A DNA stretch of 64,000 nucleotides from Pristiophorus japonicus (Eukaryota), in assembly GCF_044704955.1 (NCBI RefSeq), contig NC_091995.1, forward strand, positions 26,474,001-26,538,000. Direction: 5' to 3'. The stretch's first letter is position 1; each line of letters starts with the position of its first letter. Position numbers and translations under genes: made by a program. The notes below the pieces were generated by a model. That model saw nothing but the letters and a program-made list of their open reading frames with translations. It was not told the origin of the DNA and did no database searches. Below are positions 11,948 through 21,437 of the stretch, piece after piece.

Positions 11948-13754
11948 AAAAGAGTGGCTAAAGTAAATGTTGGTCCGTTAGGGGACGAGACCGGGGAATT
12001 AGTAATGGGGAACATGGAGATGGCAGAAACTCTGAAAAAATATTTTGTATCAGTCTTTACAGTAGAGGACACTAACAATATACCAACAATGGATAGACAA
12101 GGGGCTATAAGCGGGGTGGAACTTAACACAATCACAATCACGAAGGAGGTGGTACTCAGTAAGATAATGCAACTAAAGGCAGATAAATCCCTGGACCTGA
12201 AGGCTTGCATCCTAAGGGTAGCAGGTAGGGTAGTGAATGCACTGGTTATAATTTACCAAAATTCCCGAGATTCTGGGAAGGTCCCAGCAGATTGGACAAT
12301 TGCAACTATAACGTCCCTATTTAAAAAAGGAGGCAGACAAAAAGCAGGAAACTAAAGACCAGTTAACCTAACACCTGTGGTTGGGAAAATGTTGGAGTCC
12401 ATAATTAAAGAAACAGTAGCAGGACATTTGGAAAAGCATAATTCGTTCAGGCAGAGTCAGCATGGATTTATGACGTGGAAGTAATGTTTGACAAATTTTG
12501 CTAGAATTCTTTGAGGATGTAACAAGCAGAGTGGATAAAGGAGAACCAGTGGATGTAGTGTATTGGGACTTCCAGAAGGCACTTGACAAGGTGTCACATA
12601 GAAGGTTACTGCATAAGTTAAAAGTTCACAGGGTTGGAGGTAATATATTAGCATGGATAGAGGATTGGCTAACGAATAGGAAACAGAGAGTCAGGATAAA
12701 TGGTTCATTCTCGGGTTGGCAATCAGTAACTAGTGGGATGCCACAGGGATCAGTGCTGGGACTCCAACTATTTACAATCTATATTAACGACTTGAAGAAG
12801 GGACTGAGTGTAACGTAGCCAAGTTTTCTGGTTATACAATGATGGGAGGAAAAGCAATGTGTGAGGAGGACACAGAAAATCTGCAAAAGGTCATAGACAG
12901 GCTAAGAAAGTGGGCAAAAATTTGGAAGATGGAGTATAATATTGGAAAGTGTGAGGTCATGCACTTTGGCAGAAAAAAAATCAAAGAGCAAATTATTATT
13001 TAATTGGAGAAAGATTGCAGTGGGACCTGGGGGTACTTGTGCATGAAACACAAAATGTTAGTATGTAGGTACGCAAAGTAACCAAGAAGGCCAAAATAGA
13101 ATCTTGGCCTTCATTGTTAAAGGGATGGAGTATAAAAGCAGGGAAGTCTTGCTTCAGTTATATAAGGTGTTGCTTAGGCCACACCTGGAATACTGCGGCA
13201 GTTTTGGTTTCCATATTTATGAAAGGATATACTTGCTTTGGAAGCAGTTCAGAGAAGGTTCACTAGGTTGATTCCGGGAATGAGGGGGTTGACTTCTGAG
13301 GAAAGGTTGAGTAGGTTAGGCCTCTACTCATTGGAATTCAGAAGTTTGAGAGATGATCTTATTGAAACGTATAAGATTATGAGGGGGCTTGACAAGGTGG
13401 ATGCAGAGAAAATGTTTCCACTGATGGGGGAGACTAGAACTAGGGGGCATAATCTTAGAATAAGGGACCGCCCATTTAAAACTGAGACAAGGAGAAATTT
13501 ATTTTCTCAGAGGGCTATAAATCTGTGGAATTTGCTGCCTCAGAGAGCTGTGGAAGCTGGGACATTGAATAAATTTAAGACAGAGATAGATAGTTTCTTA
13601 ACTGATGAGGCAATAAGGGGTTATGGGGAGTGGGCAGGGACATGGACCTGAGTCCATGATCGGATCATCCAAGATCGTATAAAATGGTGGCGCAGGCTCG
13701 AGGGGCCGTATGGCCTACTCCTGCTCCTATTTCTTCTGTTCTTATGTTCTTATG
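11948..13754 (+). mobile_element. CR1 LINE ORF2 (degenerate) with 3' tail; a minus-strand CR1 tail at ~11869-11947 abuts it
   Basis: KKGGRQKAGN, DVVYWDFQKALDKV, PQGSVLG, RRFTRLIPGM, and (TTCTTATG)n tail. Confidence 0.93.
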
Positions 13755-14390
13755 AAATCGAGGAAGACTTGCTTCCACTCTAAAAGTTCTCAGGTGACTG
13801 TACATAACAATGCTGGAATTACAGTCTCTATCACAGGTGGGGCAAACAGTGGTTGAAGGAAAGGGTGGATGGGGAGCCTGGTTTGCCACACGCTCCTTCC
13901 GCTGTCTGTGCGTGATTTCCGCATGCCGTTAAGGACGAGACTCAAGGTGCTCAGCACCCTCCCGGATGCTCTTCCTCCACTTTGGGCAGTCTTGGGCCAG
14001 GGATTCCCAGGTTCCGGGGGAGATATTGCACTTTATCAAGGAGGCTTTGAGGGTGTCCTTGAAATGTTTCCTCTGCCCACCTGGGACTCGCTTGCCGTGT
14101 CAGAGCTCCGAGTAGAGTGCTTGCTTAGGGAGTCTCGTGTCAGGCATGCAGACGATGTGGCCCACCCAACGCAGCTAATTGAGTGTGGTCAGTGCTTCAA
14201 TACTGGGGATGTTGGCCTGAGCAAGAACACTGATGTTGGTGTGGCTAACATCCCTGTAGATTTGCAGGATCTTGCAGAGGCAGCGCTGGTGGTACTTCTC
14301 CAGTGTTTTGAGATGTCTGCTGTATATAGTCCATGTCTCTGAGACATATAGGAGGGCGGGTATCATTACTGGCCTATAAACCATAAGCTT
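13755..14390 (-). mobile_element. RTE-clade LINE, 3' part
   Basis: KLMVYRPVMIPALLYVSETWTIYSRHLKTLEKYHQRCL and C-terminal CPTCDRDC..SH zinc finger, typical of RTE/BovB-like ORFs. Confidence 0.88.
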
Positions 14391-14726
14391 GCGTTTGCGC
14401 ACATTCAGAGGCCAAACTCCAAGCCATCATCAGCACGTTCACCGAAGTGTACGAAAGCACGGGTCTTACACTAAACATCTGTAAAACAAAGGTCCTCCAC
14501 CAACCTGATCCCGCCACGCAGCACTGCCCCCTGATTATTAAAATCTACGATGAGGCCTTGGATGACGTGAACCATTTTCCATACCTCGGGAGCCTACTAT
14601 CAACAAGGGCAGACATCAGTGATGAGGTGCAACACTGCCTTCGGCTTGTCAGCACAGCCTTCAGCCACCTTCGGAAGAGAGCGTTTGAGGACCAGGACCT
14701 CAAATCTGGCACCAAGCTTATGGTCC
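14391..14726 (+). mobile_element. RTE-clade LINE segment, inverted relative to the adjacent 3' part
   Basis: GLTLNICKTKVL..VNHFPYLGSLLS..AFSHLRKRAFEDQDLKSGTKLMV, which is the region immediately upstream of KLMVYR. Confidence 0.85.
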
Positions 14727-14729
14727 AAT

Positions 14730-14940
14730 TGACAATGCGAGGGAGCTGGATTATCATCAGTAGAGATACAGTTAATCACACAGGGTGCTGGGGGAGAGGT
14801 TACAGAGTGACAGTGTGAAGGAGCTAGATTAACATCAGTGAGATTCGGTCAGTGATACAGGGTGCTGGGGGTGGCGGGGAGAGGGGTTTTGAGTGACAGT
14901 GACAGGGAGCTGGATTATCATCAGTGCAGATTCAGTAAGT
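14730..14940. repeat. Short tandem repeat, ~80-bp unit, ~2.5 copies
   Basis: GGAGCTGGATTATCATCAGT..CAGGGTGCTGGGGG recurs. Confidence 0.7.
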
Positions 14941-15109
14941 GCTCTGAGAAATTACAATTGTTCTTCATACTGCCCCCCAGTAGTGTGACTGGGACAGACT
15001 CCTAAACCATGGAAGAGCTGGTTGTACACTAGACTAGATTCAGCAAAGCAGTCTCTGCTTTCAGTCCATTTATACTGAAATATTAATATTGGGAAGGAGC
15101 TGAGAAGTT

Positions 15110-17326
15110 TAGGAATCCTCTAGGAATGAGTGACCATAATATGGTTGAATTTCAAATTCAGTTGGAGGGTGAGAAAGTTGGTTCTTAAACCAGGGTCCTA
15201 AGCTTAAATAAAGGAGACTACAAGGGTATAAGGACAGGGTTGGCTAAAGTGGACTGGGAAAATAGACTAAAGAATGGGATGGTTGATGAGCAGTGACAAG
15301 ACACTGAAGGAGGTATTTCATAACTCCTAACAAAAGTATATCCCAATGAGAAGGAAAGACTGTAAGAGAAGGGATAACCATCCGTGGCTAACTAAGGAAA
15401 TAAGGGAGGGTATCAAATTGAAAACAAAGGCATACAATGTGGCCAAACTAGTAGGAGGCCAGAGGATTGGGAAATTTTTAAAAGCCAGCAGAGAACGACT
15501 ATAAAAATGATTCACAGAGAGAAGATAGATTATGAAAGTAAACTATCACGAAATATAAAATCAGATAGTAAGAGTTTCTACAGTACATAAAAAGGAAAAG
15601 AGTGGCTAAAGTAAATGCAGGATGAGACTGGGGAATTAATAATGGAGAACAGGAAAATGGCAGAGACTTTGTACAAATATTTTGTATCACGGTAGAAGAC
15701 ACTAAAAACATCCCAATAGTGGATAATCAAGGGGCTATAGGTTGGGAGGCATGTAATACAATCACTATCACTAATGAAGTAGTAATAGGTAAAATTTAGG
15801 ACTAAAGGCGGACAAGTCCACTCGACCTGATGCCGCACATTCTCGGGTCTTAAGAGAAGTGACAGCAGAGATAGTGGATACATTGGGTGTAATCTACTAA
15901 AATTCTGTGTAGATTGGAAAACCGCAACTGTAGCACCCTTATTTAAAAAGGAAGCAGACAAAAAGCAGACAAAAAGCAGGAAACTTTAGACCAGTTAGCC
16001 TAACACCTGTCATTGGGAAAATGCTGGAGTCCATTATTAAGGAAGCAGTAGCAGGACATTTGGAAAAGCATGATTCAATCAAGCAGAGTCAGCAAGCTTT
16101 TGTGAAAGGGAAATCATGTTTGACAAATTTTCTGGAGTTCTTTGAGGATGTAACAAGTGGGGTGGATAAGGGGGAACCAGTGGATATGGTGTATTTGGAT
16201 TTCCGGAAGGCATTCGATAAGGTGCCAGAGAAAAGGTTACTGCACAAGATAAAAGCTCACGTGTTTGGGGGTAATATATTAGCATGGATAGAGGATTGGC
16301 TAACAAACAGAAAACAGAGAGTCTGGATAAATGAGTCATTTTCCGGTTGGCAAACAGTGACTAGTAGGGTGCTGCAGGGATTGGTGCTGGGTCCTCAACT
16401 ATTTTCAATCTATATTAATGATTTGGGTGTAATGTAACCAAGTTTGCTGATAATACAAAGATGGGAGCGAAAGCAAATTGTGAGAAGGACACAAAACATC
16501 TGCAAAAGGATATAGACAGGCTAAGTGAGTAGGCAAAAATTTGGCAGATGTAGTATAATGTAGGAAAATGTGAGGTTATCCACTTTTGCAGAAATAATAG
16601 AAAATCAAATTATAATTTAAATGGAGAAAAATTTCAAAGTGCTGCAGTAAAGAGGGACCTGGGGGATCCTTGTGCATGAAACACAAAAAGTTGGTATGCA
16701 GGTACAGCAAATAATTTGGAAGGTAAATGGAATGTTGGCCTTTATTGTAAGGGGGATAGAATATAAAAGCAGAGAAGTCCTGTACAGGGTATTGGTGAGG
16801 CCACACCTGGAATGATGCATACAGTTTTGGTCTCCGTATTTAAGGAAGGATAACTTTCATTGGAGGCTGTTCAGAAAAGATTCACTAGGTTGATTTCGGA
16901 GATAAGGGGGTTGACTTATGAAGATAGGTTGCATAGGTTAGGCCTATACTCATTGGAGTTCAGAAGAATGAGGGTGATCTTATCGAAACTTATAAGATAA
17001 TGAGGGGGCTCGACAAGGTGGATGCAGACAGGACTAAAACTAGAGGTTGTCCATTTAAAATAGATATGAGGAAAAATTTCTTCTCTCAGAGGGTTGTAAA
17101 TCTGTGGAATTCTCTGTCCCAGAGAGCTGTGGAGGCTGGGTCATTGAATATATTTAAGGTAGAGATAGACAGAGTTTTGAGTAATAAAGGAATAAGGGGT
17201 TATGGGGAGCGGGTGGGGAAGTGGAGCTGAGTCCATGGTCAGATCAGCCATGATCTCATTAAATGGCGGAACAGGCTCGAGGGGCCAAATGGTCTACTTC
17301 TGCTCCTATTCTTATGTTATGTTCTT
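15110..17326 (+). mobile_element. CR1 LINE ORF2 (degenerate) with 3' tail
   Basis: KSCLTNFLEFFEDVT..YLDFRKAFDKV, FFSQRVVNLWNSL, and TTATGTTATG tail. Confidence 0.93.
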
Positions 17327-17769
17327 AACTTTAAAATCTGGATGACCCAAGGAGACCGGCAACTACTTGAAGCAGCCTAGGCATTAAAACATTTCATGTC
17401 ATCGCTGTTTCTTGTAATAGTTTTGAAGTCAGCGCTGCTGTTGAAATATAACACTGTTGCATTGCTGATACCTTCAGAAAGCAATGGTCACTGATAGTAA
17501 ACCGAGAATGATTCAGCAGTGAAATGGTTAAGGATCTACCAACTCAGCTGGAGAACCAGCTCAGCCTGTGGCCTGAGTTTAGGGGGGGAGGTGTGTGATG
17601 GTAGATTAATCCGTACAACTATACCTTTAACAGACATTGTATTATTTTGTGAAAAATCTGTCATTTCGGTTCAATCCATTTTAAGCAGATGTATTGCGAA
17701 ATAGAAATTATGGAACCGGTCTATAAAATGTTATGAATTAGATGCAATGCTCAAAATTCACTTTTGCCA

Positions 17770-17830
17770 TTGGTCACTTCCGCTGTTGCCTGCAAAGAAC
17801 CACGGGCTGCGAGACTGAATCACATGTAAT
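17770..17830 (+). promoter_or_regulatory. Putative promoter of the Ig receptor gene: ETS site (CACTTCCG) plus E-box (TCACATG)
   Basis: CACTTCCG at 17775-17782 and TCACATG at 17820-17826, 80-135 bp upstream of the ATG. The ETS core is retained at 21328, 24882 (CACTTCCA), 32653 and 47316. Confidence 0.5.
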
Positions 17831-17908
17831 AATGCCACTCCGCCCCAATCGGCACTGCTGGGTGTCCCGTTACTGTGATATCGGGGCGGCGGGTACCCGG
17901 ATCTCACT

Positions 17909-17981
17909 ATGTGCCAGAAAATAAACCTCCTTAAATTCACCAACGTTTTCCCTTTCATCAGTTATTTTATTTCCCTCTCCG
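17909..17981 (+). CDS. Ig-superfamily receptor copy A, exon 1 (leader MCQKINLLKFTNVFPFISYFISLS)
   Basis: ATG, 73 nt, strong phase-1 donor G|GTAAGT. Same 73-nt exon in copies B, C and E. Frame-compatible with exon 2. Confidence 0.8.
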
Positions 17982-18830
17982 GTAAGTTTTTTTCTCACTT
18001 CTAATATCAATGTGATCCTGTTTCTGAGTTTCCCCTTCACTCTGTGACTGTTTTACTGACTGTGTTTAATCGGGGCTGGGGTTCAATCGCTCACTGATCT
18101 AAAGTGAATGAAGCTCAACTCATTCCCTGAGATCTTCAGTCTCATTCAGTCGGGCTCCTGTGAACAGGTAGATCCCCCCTCACCACCTGCCCTCCAGTTA
18201 CTGTTCCACACTGGGAGTTCCCTCAACCTCTAACTGGATGTATTAATGAATTAACTGATCTCTGACAAGTCTTTAATTATTATTTATATACTAATGTATC
18301 AGATGTTCCCGTGTGTATCTTTTATCAAATGTGTAACATTGGCAGATGGGATCAATTGTTCTCTACCATGTCTATATTCTCACAACCCTCTGCATAAAAA
18401 TGTTTCTCCTGAATTACTTTAATCGATTCAATAGTTAAATCTGAATGGGCGGTGGAAGCAGATTCAACAATAAGATTCAAAGGGGAATTGAATATATAGT
18501 TGAAAAGGAAACATTTGCAGGGCTCCGGGGAGAGAGCGGGGGGAGTGGGATTAATTGGATACCACTTTCAAACAGCCGGCACAGACACGATGGGCCGAAT
18601 GGCCTCCCTCTGTGCGGTATGGATCTATGATTCTATAATTTCATGTTTCTCTGACTGGTCGTTATGTTCATTCGAGCCAATGTATTCTTTGCTGGTGCTG
18701 CAGGTATTTTGTGATTTCGAACTCATGGGATGCTTTATAACCAGACTCCTGATTTAAAACCTTCATAAGTAATTCTAAGCGGTTTTTTTTTCCTTTCTGA
18801 AGCTGATCTATTGTTTTGAATGTATTGCAG

Positions 18831-19220
18831 CATCTGGAAGCTGTGTTACTGTGAGCGTCGGTCAGAGAGAAGTGAGCGGGATTGTGAACCAGTCTGTCCT
18901 TCTCCCCGTCTCCTACTCCACACTTACTCCCTACTCCACTGTAAAGATAAAGTGGGTTTTATTCCCCGGAGACAGTCCATTAGTGACACTGACTCGATCA
19001 AACTGCTCTACCGACCCTGACAAACCCGGTTATACCAGTTCAGATTACCAGCGGGTCGCTCCTTCCCACAGGGAGAGAGTCGACATCTACCCGGAGAATG
19101 GATCCTTGTTGTTGTGGAATCTGCAGCCCAGTGACAGCGGCGTGTATGTGATATCTGTTTACAGTGGTGGGAACACAGCCAGTGAAGGGAATGTGACGTT
19201 AACAGTCTATCCCGGGACAG
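18831..19220 (+). CDS. Ig-superfamily receptor copy A, exon 2: single V-set domain (VSTM5/HEPACAM/CEACAM/CD2-like, no B-F disulfide)
   Basis: TTGCAG acceptor, 390 nt phase 1-1, CAG|GTAGG donor. VSGIVNQSVLLPVSY, C-strand W (KIKW), SHRERVDIYPENGSLLLWNLQPSDSGVYVISV, GNVTLTVY. Four N-x-S/T sequons. Confidence 0.9.
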
Positions 19221-19412
19221 GTAGGAATTCAGTCTGATTATTGAACCCATTTAATCCTCAGTATCCTTTGCTGATAGAGTAACATTATGTAGCTATACTC
19301 TACTTCTCGCTTTGAAACAAGGTGAATATTGCCAACAAATCGATAAAGAATAATTAAAGTCTGCCTTTTGAACCTAGTCAGGTTGCTGTAAATTATCAAA
19401 TTCTTGTTGCAG

Positions 19413-19720
19413 GCACTGAGCATCCGACCCGGAGCTGCACAGAGCAAGCGGAGACCACCGAACAACTCCCCGACCACCCACCCGCTCTCCTGCTCCGTGT
19501 GTTCATCTTTGGCGCTGTCACTGTGCTCGGGGCCTGCCTATACTTGTGTGTGAGCCGGAGATACAGAGCGACTGACAGCGGGAGAACTGCACCCATACCC
19601 GGGATCGCGCTGTTCAGGGGAGGGCAGCGGTTGGAGAATTCAATCCATTGGCAGTCCTGCTGGAACCGCAATAACTTCCTCAAAATGTTTCAACAACTTG
19701 TATTAATATACCGCCTTTAA
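19413..19720 (+). CDS. Ig-superfamily receptor copy A, exon 3: stalk, transmembrane helix with Arg, short cytoplasmic tail
   Basis: TTCTTGTTGCAG acceptor, in frame: GTEHPTRSCTEQAETTEQLPDHPP-ALLLRVFIFGAVTVLGACLYLCV-SRRYR..LIYRL*. The spliced CDS is 771 nt (256 aa). The 3' end is less certain (possible donor at 19550). Confidence 0.8.
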
Positions 19721-19955
19721 GGTAATAAACTGTCCCAAGGTGTTTCACGGGAGTATTATACAACAACATTTGACAAGCAACCAAGAAGGAGAAATCAGGG
19801 TAAATGAACAAAAGCTTGGCCGAAGTATTATGTTCAAAGGAGACATAAAGGAGGAAAGAGAGGTAGAGAGGCGGAGAGTTTTGAGGAGGAAGTTCCTGAG
19901 TTTCGGGTCTAGACGGCTGAAGGCAGGGCCACCAATAGTGGAGCGATTACAATCG
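19692..19955 (-). mobile_element. L2 LINE 3' fragment embedded in the duplicated unit (paralogues ~23660-23890, ~26105-26365, ~31020-31290)
   Basis: Minus-strand peptide of the 23.7-kb paralogue TIGGAAFSRLDPKLWN..SLASFKSLLKT matches the L2 ORF2 C-terminus. Confidence 0.7.
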
Positions 19956-20494
19956 GGGAGTAAAACCCTTGTTCTGAATTGTAAACTGGAACTAATGCGG
20001 TCCTGACCCCAGCGTAACTCTGGCGAAAGCGCCTATTGGAATCCCCCCGCTGTGAATTCCCGCCCTGCCCTATGCTCACTGCGGTTGTGAATCGCCCTAC
20101 CGACCCTTTTGTCTTTTGCCCACAAGCTTTTCACTGTGATTTCCCGGCCTGTTCTGTGAAGCGGGTTTTGCCGAGCCTCGCTCCCGGCCATCAGTTGCTC
20201 CAGTTTGTACAGCTCACGGCTCATTGACCACACCCAGTGTTATTGGAAGCACTGACCTGTCTATTATAGCGGTTACTGGTACCTGCCGACATGTGGACTT
20301 CAAGTAAAGAAAGAACACATGATCTCTCATTTAATGCTCAGTGTGCTGAGCACCTTAAACCCGAGAGCATTGGATTCAGATTCAGTCCTTTCACTGCCAC
20401 AGGATCATTGTGACACAAACAGCGGGCAAAGTGAGGGGGACAGAAATAATCTCTGGGTGTGGATCAATGTGGGAAGAAACAACTCGGATTTTCA

Positions 20495-20670
20495 CCTTTC
20501 ACAACCTCAGGACGGCACAAAGTCTCTCACAGACAATGAAGTAATTTACAGTGTAGTCACCGTTTAATGTCAGAAGATGCAGCAGCCAATGTGTGCTCAG
20601 CAATGTTCAAGATATTGCAAGGAGATAAATGTCTACATTGTTTTTAGTGATGTTAATTGAGGGGTATTGT
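20495..20670 (-). mobile_element. DeuSINE-type SINE 3' fragment within the duplicated unit (paralogues ~24050, ~26900, ~31825)
   Basis: CCTTTCACAACCTCAGGACG..CAATGAAGTA..AGTGTAGTCAC..GCAGCCAAT matches the reverse complement of the SINE tail at ~49990-50095. Confidence 0.7.
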
Positions 20671-21437
20671 AGAGAATGTAGGTTTGATTTACGGAAATAT
20701 TATTTAAAAAAAAATATTGTTCATGGTTAAAAGGCTTATACTTTTCTTATAGAAAGGATTTGAAACCTTTTTTTGAAAATCTGTTTGTGAGCTGAATTCA
20801 GAAGGACATTAACCCTGATGAAAATGCGCGTCTGTCTAATGCAGTCCTTGCCCTCAGCCTGTCTTCTGTATTTTTGGTCTCTCCCAATAATCATCTTTGG
20901 GGAATGTGATCTTAAAATAAAATGTTGAAATGTAAAATGTATCTGTTCGATGTTATTATATGAACGAGATGAGGCGCTTATTAAAAGCGGTGAAATGGTC
21001 AATGGGACAGCAGGCCCGGGCCCTGATCAGGAAGCACAGGATCATTGTACCTGGGGCGGTGGGATCTCTCCGGGACACATGGAGCTGGGGCTGGAGATAG
21101 AGAGAGATGGAGCTGAACCCGGGCCCAGGTCTCTGTCGGTCTGCACACTCTGCCCGTTATTTTACTGATACTTCAAACACACCCACTTGACTTGTTTTAG
21201 AATAAATTATATTGACTGAAGGCTATATATTTTTCTTAATGTGAAATGTTTAGATTTCTATGTTAACGATCTGATAATTTTCTGAATTCGAATAATTTTT
21301 GAAACAATTTCGCCACTTGTTTCTGGTCACTTCCGCTGCAAACCCAAACCCCGGATCACAAGAGAAACTTCCCTCCATTTCATTCACTTCAACTCGATGT
21401 CCCTTTATTGTGATATTGGAGCGACCCGGAGCTCACT

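Noticed and set aside
18831-19220. Rearranging Ig/TCR/IgNAR V segment
   Set aside because: No canonical cysteines or YYC, no RSS heptamer/nonamer after the exon; it includes its own G strand and splices directly to a TM exon.
20033-20233. 66-aa antisense ORF repeated at 26440 and 31364 (and an overlapping 63-aa sense ORF)
   Set aside because: Lies in the probable 3' UTR, has an in-frame stop just upstream and no homology; explained by recent duplication.
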